A stretch of 64,000 nt of DNA, taken from sequence record NC_041869.1; one strand, given 5' to 3'. Of the stretch, positions 19,032-27,793 are shown piece by piece; position 1 is the first letter of the stretch, and every line of letters begins with the position of its first letter. Source of the stretch: Escherichia phage APECc02. The notes under the pieces were generated by a model, which ran no database searches, had not been told where the DNA came from, and saw only the letters and a list, made by a program, of their open reading frames with translations. A program made the translations under genes and the position numbers.

Positions 19032-19058
19032 CCCTGCCCGAAAGGGTGGGGCATTTTT
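19032..19058 (+). terminator. rho-independent terminator
   Basis: same CCCTGCCC-GAAA-GGGTGGGG hairpin as at 8011, followed by T-run. Confidence 0.65.
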
Positions 19059-19077
19059 GTATAAGGAGATCTGAAAA

Positions 19078-19494
19078 ATGACATTAGAAGATATCATTGT
19101 TAAGCCTGAGAACTATGACCAATACAACCTGTCAACTCAATCTGTAGACCTTGGATGCGCCACGGTCAGTGCGTGGCTGCTTAACGGAAAAGAGCTGGAT
19201 AAATGCTTAGAAGCTCACATGTCTATTAACAAGTTTCTGGATGAAAATACTCACTGGCTTGAGGGTGCAGGCGTATATGCTTCATGGTTGGAGAGTATGG
19301 GATTCGACTACCAATCTGAAGAGGGGTGGTGGAGCTATTTAGCTATCTGTCCAGAGACGCTACAATGCTTCATGAAATATTCTGAAGATTTGGAGTACCG
19401 GGCGGTGGTTGATAGTGCTATTGCCCGTTATAGCCGTAAACCTTTTTCCCACGACATTAAAACTGTGGAAGAATTTGTTGAAGTTTTCTGTTGA
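19078..19494 (+). CDS. hypothetical protein
   Basis: 138-aa ORF with AAGGAGA RBS. Confidence 0.5.
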   Translation: MTLEDIIVKPENYDQYNLSTQSVDLGCATVSAWLLNGKELDKCLEAHMSINKFLDENTHWLEGAGVYASWLESMGFDYQSEEGWWSYLAICPETLQCFMKYSEDLEYRAVVDSAIARYSRKPFSHDIKTVEEFVEVFC

Positions 19495-19590
19495 CACAGA
19501 TTGAAAGGTGTGCAATTATAACTTCATAGAACGGGAGGACGTGATGAACGAAGAAAACTGGGATGTATAACTAACAGGAGGCCACTGCCC

Positions 19591-19788
19591 ATGATTTATC
19601 GAATCCGTGTAAGAGAAGATGCACCAGGCTGTTACTTTGACTGGCGTGGGTGGTGGTTTATCCACCCAATGGATGGACTCACAGATAGAATGCTGGATGC
19701 TGCCCTTTACACAGATACCGACATAGAATATAATCTCTATCTGAAGGACGGTATAGATAACGGCCTGTTTGAAGCAATTCCTGTGTAA
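19591..19788 (+). CDS. hypothetical protein
   Basis: 65-aa ORF with AGGAGG RBS. Confidence 0.45.
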   Translation: MIYRIRVREDAPGCYFDWRGWWFIHPMDGLTDRMLDAALYTDTDIEYNLYLKDGIDNGLFEAIPV

Positions 19789-19856
19789 GAGACTGTGATA
19801 GCTATGTTTTATGATCTTCCTGTAGCGCCACCACCTGTTGAACCAGGAGAACTAAG

Positions 19857-20282
19857 ATGATCTATGAAATGCCAAAACTGATTCGTGACGATGCCCAAAA
19901 CGCTCACACCATTATTATGGGCAAACGCATGGATATTATTTGTCATAAAGATTTCTGGGAAGGAAGTTACTTCACAGAGTATTTTGGTAAACTGGACAAT
20001 GGTCTGCTGATCCAGTTCTACACCGATGCGGAAAACAACATTCCCTGGGAGTTCGAAACTGAAGATGTCCATAAACTTTTCACCTTCCTCGGTATTAAGG
20101 TTAAGGCCAAGTTTGAAGAAGGTGAGTGCGACGATTGTGGATTTTATGAGGTAACAGATTTCTACCTTCCTAGCGGTAAGAACCTTTACTATGAAAGCCA
20201 CTTCGGTAACTCCAATATGCCACAGTGCTGGACTGAGTTTTTTGAAATTGCGGAAGAGGAGCTGGCTTACCGTGATTATTGA
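19857..20282 (+). CDS. hypothetical protein
   Basis: 141-aa ORF with AGGAGA RBS. Confidence 0.5.
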   Translation: MIYEMPKLIRDDAQNAHTIIMGKRMDIICHKDFWEGSYFTEYFGKLDNGLLIQFYTDAENNIPWEFETEDVHKLFTFLGIKVKAKFEEGECDDCGFYEVTDFYLPSGKNLYYESHFGNSNMPQCWTEFFEIAEEELAYRDY

Positions 20283-20730
20283 TACTGTAGAGGGAGATTT
20301 AATCTCCCTTTTTAAGAGCGGTGCTGGTCACCTGATCCACGGTTGTAACTGCTTCCACACAATGGGCAAGGGTATAGCAAAACAGATTGCCCGTGAGTTT
20401 CCTCAAGCACTGTCAGCCGACAAAGAGACTAGATACGGTTGCCTAAGTAAACTGGGTGCGTTATCCCGATGGGAGCACTTATCTCCGATAGGTATTGTCT
20501 ACGGAATCAATCTATATACCCAGTTCTACCCAGGACCTAATGCTGAGTATTTCTCAATCCTGAAAGGCTTTGAGCTAGTCAATGAAGTATTCAGCGGATC
20601 GACTTTACCATTCTACATCCCTAAGATCGGGTGCGGCATAGGCGGTTTGAAGTGGGAACACGTAGAGGACGTTATTAACCTTGCCACTTTCGACATAGAT
20701 ATTGTCGTGGTGGAGTACAAAAAGTGTTGA
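20272..20730 (+). CDS. macro-domain protein (putative ADP-ribose binding/hydrolase)
   Basis: motifs GDLISLF, HLIHGCNCFHTMGKGIAKQIAREF and IPKIGCGIGGL fit the macro-domain signature; probable GTG start at 20272 with GAGGAG 10 nt upstream (track ORF 20191..20730). Confidence 0.6.
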   Translation: MIIDTVEGDLISLFKSGAGHLIHGCNCFHTMGKGIAKQIAREFPQALSADKETRYGCLSKLGALSRWEHLSPIGIVYGINLYTQFYPGPNAEYFSILKGFELVNEVFSGSTLPFYIPKIGCGIGGLKWEHVEDVINLATFDIDIVVVEYKKC

Positions 20731-20981
20731 CGACCATCTTCTGAGGTGATATAGTTTCCACGACAACTAAGAGAGGAGAGCACTGTGGAGACTAAAATCT
20801 TAATTCTTGCTGTGGTAGATACAACCGAAGGAGCTATATTCGAATCTGCAGGAGGGTATTTCTACCTACCATACGGAAAAAGAACTTCCGAGCCAAGTAA
20901 AGATTCAATCCTCAAAGTGTTCCCGTGTGCTTTCTGGCTGGAGATTTTGGTATAAGATTGCAGAGGATTTGGGAGAGAATT

Positions 20982-21176
20982 ATGAGAAACAAGAAAGAAC
21001 TTTACTCCGGTGAGTGGATCAACGATCAACAGGTGGGAGAGGTAACCTGCTTCCGATGTTTTACCAGGTACAATCTTAAAACTGCACCAAAAAGTGTTCC
21101 AAAGACTGACGGTTACTACATAAAAGAACCTCATTGCCCAAAATGTAAATGCCGATTGTACTGGAGCAATCTGTAA
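20982..21176 (+). CDS. small zinc-ribbon protein
   Basis: CFRCF and CPKCKC pairs; ATG after GGGAGAGAA; track ORF 20925..21176 trimmed. Confidence 0.45.
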   Translation: MRNKKELYSGEWINDQQVGEVTCFRCFTRYNLKTAPKSVPKTDGYYIKEPHCPKCKCRLYWSNL

Positions 21177-21180
21177 GAGG

Positions 21181-21209
21181 TTGACATCTGAAAACTGCAG
21201 TGTATAATA
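21181..21209 (+). promoter_or_regulatory. sigma70-like promoter TTGACA-N17-ATAATA
   Basis: -35 TTGACA directly after upstream stop, 17-nt spacer, TATAAT-like -10. Confidence 0.65.
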
Positions 21210-21239
21210 TACGCATAAACTAACAGAGGGTGATGTATT

Positions 21240-21431
21240 ATGGTAATTTTTAACCGGGATGGTATCATAGTTAGACAGCACCCGTTCCTTGAATACTATC
21301 AAATTGAGCAATGGTGCTACGGGGATTGCAGTCACTCCTATGGGCAAAGTTGGGGATATCGTACAGTTTTTGAATCCACAGACCTTGACAAAGTAAAACA
21401 GAAAGTTTTAGAACTTCTTAACAACAAGTGA
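21240..21431 (+). CDS. hypothetical protein
   Basis: 63-aa ORF downstream of promoter, AGAGGG RBS. Confidence 0.45.
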   Translation: MVIFNRDGIIVRQHPFLEYYQIEQWCYGDCSHSYGQSWGYRTVFESTDLDKVKQKVLELLNNK

Positions 21432-21441
21432 GTATCGTGCC

Positions 21442-21774
21442 ATGGTAACATTGGAAAGACGTAAAGCTATTGCCGCCACACTGGCAGACATCTTTTGGGA
21501 TTGTAATTTAAAATCTACCCGAAATTGTGGTGCATCTGTAGATGTATTATTCCCACGGCCTACTATTGTTGCAATGGGCAACCTGCTCGATGTGGTATAT
21601 GGAGCATGGGACAAGGAAGGTGGATTCTATATCTGGCAACCTGACTACGGGACTTGGAAAGAGGTTAGTGGTTCTTCGGACTTCACTCCTGCAGTGGCTA
21701 AAATGGATGGCTGGAAAATCTATGTCGGTAACGACATGGAACTGAAAGGCGAAATTGTTTACTGGTTACCTTAA
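21442..21774 (+). CDS. hypothetical protein
   Basis: 110-aa ORF in co-directional array. Confidence 0.5.
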   Translation: MVTLERRKAIAATLADIFWDCNLKSTRNCGASVDVLFPRPTIVAMGNLLDVVYGAWDKEGGFYIWQPDYGTWKEVSGSSDFTPAVAKMDGWKIYVGNDMELKGEIVYWLP

Positions 21775-21795
21775 GAAAGTCCAGGAGATAAAGTT

Positions 21796-22041
21796 ATGAA
21801 CAAAGGGTGGACATTTGTAGACGGCGTTAAAAACATGCCTCTAGGAAAGTATATTGTAGCCATGGCAGATGAGAATGGCAAGGTTGATTTCGGAGTTTGC
21901 GAGGTTGTTCTTGCAGGATCTGGTGACTATGCTCACAAAACTGGGATAATTAACGGTCATTTCTACTTTGATTACAACCCTGTTGTGGCGTATATGGCTA
22001 TGCCAGAGTTCGAGCTCCCAAAGGAAGGTGCAGATGTTTAA
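21796..22041 (+). CDS. hypothetical protein
   Basis: 81-aa ORF with CAGGAGA RBS. Confidence 0.5.
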   Translation: MNKGWTFVDGVKNMPLGKYIVAMADENGKVDFGVCEVVLAGSGDYAHKTGIINGHFYFDYNPVVAYMAMPEFELPKEGADV

Positions 22042-22231
22042 GCTTAAATCTGCATGGAACATCGCTGTGGGGGACGAGATCCGTATCCCAGGTGGAAAGA
22101 CCATTATGAAAATATCTCGTATCGAGTACGAAGGTGATCGTGTATTTCATATCTTTGCAGAAGATGGTCGAGAAATTTATATACAGGCAGGCTCTCACAT
22201 CTATATTCGTAAGAAAGGGGAGGACAAATGA
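22034..22231 (+). CDS. hypothetical protein
   Basis: ATG overlapping upstream stop with AAGGAAGG RBS; track ORF 21968..22231 trimmed. Confidence 0.45.
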   Translation: MFKLKSAWNIAVGDEIRIPGGKTIMKISRIEYEGDRVFHIFAEDGREIYIQAGSHIYIRKKGEDK

Positions 22232-22557
22232 CAGAGATCATCATTTCAACTGCAGGGTATGTATTCCTGACAATCATTGCGCTGGCTATTCTGGTGGCGG
22301 TGTATGGATTTGTTATCCTTCCTATCCTTGAGACATTTAGTTTGTGTCGGTGTTGGAGAAAAGCTTACGGTCCACAACCATGGAAGGACTGGCCCCACCT
22401 GGTGCGCTTAGCGTTCTCTTATGCTTACGATCACTCCAGTAGTGCATGCATAACCGGATACCACGCCCACAACTGGAGCTGGGAAGGGTTGAGGAAATGG
22501 AATGTTACAAAGACCATACCTCTGCGCATGTACAAACCTAAAAACAAAGACAGCTGA
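22228..22557 (+). CDS. hypothetical membrane protein
   Basis: N-terminal hydrophobic helix YVFLTIIALAILVAVYGFVILPIL; GGGGAGGA RBS. Confidence 0.5.
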   Translation: MTEIIISTAGYVFLTIIALAILVAVYGFVILPILETFSLCRCWRKAYGPQPWKDWPHLVRLAFSYAYDHSSSACITGYHAHNWSWEGLRKWNVTKTIPLRMYKPKNKDS

Positions 22558-22869
22558 TACTTGAAAATTCCTGGCATATCAAGTGTAAGGGGGATTTCTA
22601 AAATGGATTTCCTCCTTTTGATATTTCACCAGGCTGGATATTTTAAAATTCTTAGAAAATCAGAAAATGGATCGAAAACTAAAATGGATTTTTCAGAGTA
22701 GGCGCGACAAGCTGAATAACTCATCCTATCGTTTGCACCATATTCCAGGCCACCATTATAGATTTCCCACACATGCTAACCTCCCTCTACTAGAACTTCC
22801 TCCACTTGCCCTTGACCTTCTATGGTAACAATCTAACCACTATCTTGAAGTTGCGGTGCAGCTTTCCAG

Positions 22870-22980
22870 GTACTCGATCTACTTTTCATTTCAGGGCTTG
22901 GATTTTCTGAAAATTTTTCTCGATAAATTTCTCAGTACTCGATCTGTTTTTCGTTTTCTGAATCGGATTTTCTGGAAATC
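22870..22980. repeat. about 65-bp imperfect tandem duplication in AT-rich ORF-free region
   Basis: GTACTCGATCT at 22870 and 22935; GGATTTTCTG(A/G)AAAT at 22900 and 22965; AAATGGAT repeated at 22601, 22665, 22682, 23035. Confidence 0.6.
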
Positions 22981-23165
22981 GTTCCGGATCTCGACCTGAA
23001 ATTTTTGGGGACGAAATCGATTTTTCGTTTTCAGAAATGGATTTTTAAAATTTCTATATGGGAATATTTTATGGGATACTGTTTTATAGGAAATTGTTAC
23101 GGAGGGTAATTAGCATGCTAACTAAATTTATGAAATGCGAAAAGTTCTCATTTAGAATTTTGAAT

Positions 23166-23352
23166 GATAATCATTCTCGTTTGCAGAATAACGGGCACCC
23201 CCGGTGATTGTCTCCCGGCCCCTACTGCCCCAGCTTGTTATTATAGTAACACACAGGACAAAGAAAGCAAGAAGTTTTTGCATAAATTTTTAGACGATAA
23301 TGATAATCGTTCTCATTTTATGCAGCGCCCATCCCCGGTGGTTGTCTCCCCC
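23166..23352. repeat. two copies of about 55-bp direct repeat
   Basis: GATAATC.TTCTC.TTT..GCAG...CCCCGGTG.TTGTCTCCC at 23166 and 23302. Confidence 0.55.
23278..23307 (+). promoter_or_regulatory. sigma70-like promoter TTGCAT-N17/18-GATAAT
   Basis: good -35/-10 pair reading into the second direct repeat; no ORF with RBS follows for about 250 nt. Confidence 0.4.
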
Positions 23353-23572
23353 GTCACCGGTGCCTGCCGTCCTTTCGATAGGTATATTGTGCCACCTGGC
23401 GTGGCCGCTGTCAACACTTTTCAAAAAATTTTTCTAACCTGATGCGCTAACCGCTGCAACCTGGCGGGGCCAGCCTGGCAGGACCTAACTGACCAGGTAG
23501 GAGAGAATGAAGGCTTATAATCTGGTGGGCCTATGCTATAGGATAGGTAACAATTGAAGAGGAGGTACAAAA

Positions 23573-23695
23573 ATGAAAGGTAATATGATCCCCCTGGAAA
23601 ATGTAGCGATTAATGACGCTGAGGCTATCGCCATGGTTGAAAGGCTATGGCGGGAGCGTTGGAACATAAAGAAGAGTACGAAAAATGGTGGTTAA
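23573..23695 (+). CDS. small protein, 40 aa (below ORF-track cutoff)
   Basis: ATG 8 nt after strong RBS GAAGAGGAGG; MKGNMIPLENVAINDAEAIAMVERLWRERW... Confidence 0.35.
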   Translation: MKGNMIPLENVAINDAEAIAMVERLWRERWNIKKSTKNGG

Positions 23696-23832
23696 CCTGG
23701 CGGGGGCGGCGGCTGGAGAATTCTGCCCAAAAAATAATTTTAACTAATGGTTGACAGCTCGGACAGTTCTTGTTATTCTTATCCTCGCAAGGTGAACAAC
23801 ACCAAACTAATTAACAGAGAGGATAAAAAATC

Positions 23833-24030
23833 ATGAACGCCTACGGAATCAAAGTACGTCGCAGCACTCGCCAGGTGGTCACCGATCAAATGGTTTGCCA
23901 GGTGGACGTAACCATCAACAACGGGCAAGGCCTTTATAAATTTCGTCGCGGTCATAGCTATACCCTGCAACAGCTTAATCGTTGCGCCCTGACAAAAGGT
24001 CAGATCAACCACTGGTTTAATAAAAAATAA
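23833..24030 (+). CDS. hypothetical protein
   Basis: 65-aa ORF with AGAGAGGA RBS. Confidence 0.5.
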   Translation: MNAYGIKVRRSTRQVVTDQMVCQVDVTINNGQGLYKFRRGHSYTLQQLNRCALTKGQINHWFNKK

Positions 24031-24033
24031 GTA

Positions 24034-24062
24034 TTGACATACAGTCTGAAACAAAATATACT
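24034..24062 (+). promoter_or_regulatory. sigma70-like promoter TTGACA-N17-TATACT
   Basis: -35 begins 4 nt after upstream stop; ATG 24095 lies 32 nt past -10. Confidence 0.65.
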
Positions 24063-24094
24063 GAAAGCACAAAAGACGCTAAGAGGATAAAATC

Positions 24095-24493
24095 ATGAAA
24101 ACCACAACCTTTAATTTTAATAATGCTGACTTCTCTTTTTCTGATGTTAAAAGCTGCCGCCGTGATCGCGGATTCTACAAGGCCTATAATCTGGTGGGCC
24201 TGGACGATGACAATAATTTGCACGAAGTAGCTGAGATCCGGTATTATGCCGCCGCCAGCGGTAACACTCATTACTGTGTATTTTGGATTCACGACAACAA
24301 GAACAATAAGTACGGTTATACTGGCGGCAAGGCGAGCGGTCACGGTTATGATAAAGCTAACGCAGCACTTGAGAGCGCATTAAATGCTATGGGGATCACT
24401 GCCGACGGCTGGATCTACGAAGAAGAGTTTTTGTCGGCACTTGCTGACCACCTAGGCTATAAAAAGCACATTGTAACATGCGCCCACGAATAA
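24095..24493 (+). CDS. hypothetical protein
   Basis: 132-aa ORF with AAGAGGA RBS. Confidence 0.5.
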   Translation: MKTTTFNFNNADFSFSDVKSCRRDRGFYKAYNLVGLDDDNNLHEVAEIRYYAAASGNTHYCVFWIHDNKNNKYGYTGGKASGHGYDKANAALESALNAMGITADGWIYEEEFLSALADHLGYKKHIVTCAHE

Positions 24494-24575
24494 AAATCAT
24501 TGACACGCTGCAAAATTTAAGTAAACTAGACACAAAAGGCGGGAATGTTTCCCGCCAGCACAAAGGAAAAAGATC

Positions 24576-24980
24576 ATGAATAAGAACGTACGCCGCATCA
24601 TGAACGAGTTGGCAAACGATGAAAAAATTATTGACATGCATTTGATCAACATTTGCCGCCGTTGTGTAACATATAACAACCGCGCCGCAAAAGCGCGTGA
24701 GATGAACGCAAAAGGCACCTTAAAGCCATTCCAGGTGGTGGTAAAGGCCATTAAAGATGTAACTAATACGGCAAACCAGGTACAGGGGAACACCAACGAG
24801 AGTACCAATATTGATCCGGCTTACATCATGAAACGGATCCGGACCTGCAAGAACAAAGAGCAAGTGTATAATGTCATAGACTGGTTGGATTCTATGGGAG
24901 ATGTGGTTTACAACAGGTTTTCTGCAGCTATCGAGATCCAGCTTGACAGGTTGGACGGTAAAGTACTGAAAACTTACTAA
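24576..24980 (+). CDS. hypothetical protein
   Basis: 134-aa ORF; upstream TTGACA, GGCGGGAA/TTCCCGCC 5' hairpin, AAAGGA RBS. Confidence 0.5.
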   Translation: MNKNVRRIMNELANDEKIIDMHLINICRRCVTYNNRAAKAREMNAKGTLKPFQVVVKAIKDVTNTANQVQGNTNESTNIDPAYIMKRIRTCKNKEQVYNVIDWLDSMGDVVYNRFSAAIEIQLDRLDGKVLKTY

Positions 24981-24982
24981 GT

Positions 24983-25028
24983 TTATTTTTAGATGGCCTT
25001 GACTTCAGGGCCATCAATAAAGTAAACT
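24983..25028. repeat. conserved palindromic intergenic element, copy 1
   Basis: TTATTTTTAGATGGCC-TTGACTTCAG-GGCCATCAATAAAGTAAACT; 7-bp arms GATGGCC/GGCCATC with TTGACT in loop; directly after stop codon. Confidence 0.7.
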
Positions 25029-25061
25029 AATCTCAACTAAGCGAAAAAGGGGGGCTTTAAG

Positions 25062-25181
25062 ATGAGCACTACACGCCAATACACAAAGGTAACTATTATC
25101 GTTTGCGTTGTCGGTTACATCCTGGCGCAAATGTTAATGAGTAGCGCTAACAGTTTTGCAAAATTTTTCTTAAATTTTTAA
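25062..25181 (+). CDS. small hydrophobic peptide, 39 aa (below ORF-track cutoff)
   Basis: ATG after AAAGGGGGG; MSTTRQYTKVTIIVCVVGYILAQMLMSSANSFAKFFLNF, one predicted TM helix. Confidence 0.35.
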   Translation: MSTTRQYTKVTIIVCVVGYILAQMLMSSANSFAKFFLNF

Positions 25182-25209
25182 TTGACAAACTAACTTAGAT
25201 CGATATACT
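25182..25209 (+). promoter_or_regulatory. sigma70-like promoter TTGACA-N16-TATACT
   Basis: followed by GGGAA/TTCCC hairpin, CA-rich leader, AAGGAGA SD and ATG 25261. Confidence 0.6.
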
Positions 25210-25260
25210 TAAACACGTAAACGGGAAAACTTCCCAGAGCACACAAAAGGAGAAAACACC

Positions 25261-25602
25261 ATGACTACTATGACCGCCGCAGAAAAAGCTATGCAGATCG
25301 CCGCGCTGAAAAAACAGATCGCAGACCTTGAGAACAAGATCGATAACTTTGAAATCGACGAGGACAAGTACGACGAAAACTATGATGAATGGTTAGACGA
25401 GATCTACGGCGAAATTATGATCGGAAACATTTCTTTTCTTCCGTCGCGTATCCTCAAGGAGCTAGATCCTATCGCTTACCGCTGCGGATTTAGCGACTAC
25501 ATCGACAGCCTGGATATTGAGGACGATGAAGAATACCAGGAACTACAGACAGAGTTAGAAGAAGCAAAAGAAGAGCTTGCGGAGCTGGAAGAAAACGAGT
25601 AA
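25261..25602 (+). CDS. hypothetical highly acidic protein
   Basis: 113 aa, Asp/Glu-rich second half (DIEDDEEYQELQTELEEAKEELAELEENE). Confidence 0.55.
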   Translation: MTTMTAAEKAMQIAALKKQIADLENKIDNFEIDEDKYDENYDEWLDEIYGEIMIGNISFLPSRILKELDPIAYRCGFSDYIDSLDIEDDEEYQELQTELEEAKEELAELEENE

Positions 25603-25604
25603 GA

Positions 25605-25650
25605 TTATTTTTAGATGGCCTTGACTTCAGGGCCATCAATAAAGTAAACT
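25605..25650. repeat. conserved palindromic intergenic element, copy 2
   Basis: identical to copy 1 over about 46 bp; directly after stop codon. Confidence 0.7.
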
Positions 25651-25691
25651 TTATACCGTTAACACTGAACTAATACAGAGGAGTTAAAACC

Positions 25692-25937
25692 ATGGCAGCA
25701 CTAATCACCAAATATTATGCCCCTACCAACACCAAAAGCGCCCGTATCATGGTAAAAGGCTTCGGACGTAAAAAGGTTTACACCTGGGATTATTCCCTAG
25801 ACATGGAAGACAACTACACCAACGCAATGACCGATTTTATTAATGAATTAAATAAGCAGATCTTGACAAGTTATAAAGTGACAGATATTGCTTATATAGG
25901 TGAAGGCGGGATCTGTTTTGTAGGCATTGTGAAATAG
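25692..25937 (+). CDS. hypothetical protein
   Basis: 81-aa ORF with AGAGGAG RBS. Confidence 0.5.
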   Translation: MAALITKYYAPTNTKSARIMVKGFGRKKVYTWDYSLDMEDNYTNAMTDFINELNKQILTSYKVTDIAYIGEGGICFVGIVK

Positions 25938-25985
25938 TTATTTTTTCGGTGGTCCTGGCTGCAGGGCCATCTATAAAGATAATTT
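25938..25985. repeat. diverged variant of the palindromic intergenic element
   Basis: TTATTTTTTCGGTGGTCCTGGCTGCAGGGCCATCTATAAAGATAATTTA; same position after stop codon, same flanks. Confidence 0.45.
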
Positions 25986-26011
25986 ATTAACACCATGAAA
26001 GGAGAAAGTAC

Positions 26012-26359
26012 ATGATCAGCGGGGCTAGTTTTATTATTGGCGCTATTGCTACGACTTTAATTGTAAACAAGATCCAATCTAAAAACGAAAAAGATAGCAA
26101 CGCGCTCACAGAATACCCATTTTGGGTATTCAACGACAACGAAGACTACATAATCAAGTACAAAGATGAGAGAGGCGACCAGGTAACACCGCGACCGATC
26201 CCAGCTTACAAGATGCAAGAAACACTCTACCGCCTAAAGGCCGGAGGCGCAAAGATCGTAGACTTTTGGGGATATGATTGCAAGGATCAGGAGGTCATAA
26301 AACGTCGTATCCGGGCGATTCAGGCAAATATTGAAATTAGTAAAGGGGGAAATTTATGA
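26012..26359 (+). CDS. hypothetical protein with N-terminal TM helix
   Basis: 115-aa ORF; AAAGGAGAAA RBS. Confidence 0.5.
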   Translation: MISGASFIIGAIATTLIVNKIQSKNEKDSNALTEYPFWVFNDNEDYIIKYKDERGDQVTPRPIPAYKMQETLYRLKAGGAKIVDFWGYDCKDQEVIKRRIRAIQANIEISKGGNL

Positions 26360-26553
26360 AAATTAATTTCGAAAAAATTGTAAAGCGCCGCCGCGATTCC
26401 GAAGAGCTGCCGGAACGCCGCCAGCGTAACAATAAACTGAATAAACCGAAAAGGTTCGGGAAGATCTGGAGGAATCACTATGATCGCAAATTACCGGGCC
26501 TGCTTTTGGAACGTGAACGACAGGCGGAACGATACCGCCACAAAGGCAAATAA
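26356..26553 (+). CDS. hypothetical small basic protein
   Basis: 65 aa, Arg/Lys-rich; ATGA overlap. Confidence 0.5.
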   Translation: MKINFEKIVKRRRDSEELPERRQRNNKLNKPKRFGKIWRNHYDRKLPGLLLERERQAERYRHKGK

Positions 26554-26561
26554 CAACCAAC

Positions 26562-26590
26562 GCCCCGCCATTGTGCGGGGCTTTTTATTT
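26562..26590 (+). terminator. rho-independent terminator
   Basis: hairpin GCCCCGC-CATTGT-GCGGGGC followed by TTTTTATTT. Confidence 0.65.
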
Positions 26591-26734
26591 CTATCCCGCC
26601 GATAGCGCCCCTGGTTGGCCCTACAAGCGCCATAAAGGCCCCTACCTATGCAATCCCCTTTCTTAACCTGAAAACAGCGTCTAGGGCCGTTTTATGGCGT
26701 TAAAAATATTATTGACAGTGATTCTATTTAAAGC

Positions 26735-26763
26735 TTGACACCTTGGGATAGTCCGGATATACT
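26735..26763 (+). promoter_or_regulatory. sigma70-like promoter TTGACA-N17-TATACT
   Basis: second of two tandem TTGACA boxes (first at about 26713). Confidence 0.6.
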
Positions 26764-26798
26764 AACCACATCAAAGCAAGAAGGAAGGAGTAAACGCC

Positions 26799-27059
26799 AT
26801 GCGTAAATTAAAAAATTTTGATAAAGTCGATGTTGTCCTGAATAATTTTTACTACTGCAATAATAAAGCCGTTTGGTGGCGTGATAGTTCCACCGATAAA
26901 GTTAAAGCGCGCTTTCTCCAAGGGCACTGGCAAGGCCGTCCAGTGATTAAAATCCTTGGGCAATTGGTAGCGTTTAAAAATTGCCGCCGTGTTGATGACG
27001 TTGAAGAGATTCTAAACATTTTACGCCACAATAATTTAAAAAATAGTGTTGACAAGTAA
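26799..27059 (+). CDS. hypothetical protein
   Basis: 86-aa ORF with GGAAGGAG RBS. Confidence 0.5.
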   Translation: MRKLKNFDKVDVVLNNFYYCNNKAVWWRDSSTDKVKARFLQGHWQGRPVIKILGQLVAFKNCRRVDDVEEILNILRHNNLKNSVDK

Positions 27060-27076
27060 GTCTCAATAAGTATACT
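27049..27076 (+). promoter_or_regulatory. sigma70-like promoter TTGACA-N16-TATACT
   Basis: -35 overlaps end of upstream ORF; followed by GGCGGGAA/TTCCCGCC hairpin and CA-rich leader. Confidence 0.6.
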
Positions 27077-27133
27077 TAAACACACAGGCGGGAAGTTTTC
27101 CCGCCACTAACAAAGAAAATAGGAGAAAATATC

Positions 27134-27757
27134 ATGACCACCGTTAACATTACTACAGGTTACAATTTATCTTTCGACGTGCTGACCGACGAACAAAAAG
27201 AAAAAGCTGTTGAAATGGTCCGCGAAAGAGAAGAACACAGCGGGGATAACTTTTTTGCAGAAAGTGTAATTGAGTACTATAAAGAATATGTTTTTCCAGA
27301 GTATGGCCTTGAAGATACCGAAATACATTGGTCCGGCTTTTGGTGTCAAGGCGACGGCGCATCAATTAGCGCTGAAAATGTAAACTTAGAAAAATTCTTG
27401 CGTAAAGTAAAGGCCCTGACCAAGTTCCGATCAATTCGTCACTTGTTCGGCACAATGCACGATGGCGAGTTATCAGCCAGTGTTGAACGCGACAAGTACA
27501 GCCATTATAGCCATGAAAACACTGTAAGCGGATACATTGATACCACCTGGCTAGATCTGACCGCCAAACAAGAAAACAAAGTGGAAGACCTGGAAGAGCT
27601 GATCACCGAGACGGTACGGGAGCTATCCCGCAAGGTTTACGTAGACCTGGAGGAGGCCTATCTTGAACAGTTTACTACCGAAAACCTGATCGGCCTTATT
27701 GAGGCCAATGATTGGCGGTTTGATGTGGATGAATATGGCGAGATGACTTTTTCATAA
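27134..27757 (+). CDS. hypothetical acidic protein
   Basis: 207-aa ORF; conserved-looking WSGFWCQGDGA segment; no confident family assignment. Confidence 0.55.
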   Translation: MTTVNITTGYNLSFDVLTDEQKEKAVEMVREREEHSGDNFFAESVIEYYKEYVFPEYGLEDTEIHWSGFWCQGDGASISAENVNLEKFLRKVKALTKFRSIRHLFGTMHDGELSASVERDKYSHYSHENTVSGYIDTTWLDLTAKQENKVEDLEELITETVRELSRKVYVDLEEAYLEQFTTENLIGLIEANDWRFDVDEYGEMTFS

Positions 27758-27765
27758 ATAAAGTG

Positions 27766-27793
27766 TTGCAATAACCTAAAAACCTGCTATATT
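27766..27793 (+). promoter_or_regulatory. sigma70-like promoter TTGCAA-N16-TATATT
   Basis: followed by GGGGCAA/TTGCCCC hairpin, CACAAAACAAAGAGGAA leader. Confidence 0.55.

Noticed and set aside
23164-23442. 92-aa plus-strand ORF inside the repeat region
   Set aside because: It spans the two direct repeats, lacks an RBS, and has low-complexity Pro/Ala composition, so it is more likely noncoding.
24983-25028. Palindromic element as a rho-independent terminator
   Set aside because: The T-run lies 5' of the hairpin on the plus strand and no U-tract follows on either strand. It is kept as a regulatory repeat instead.
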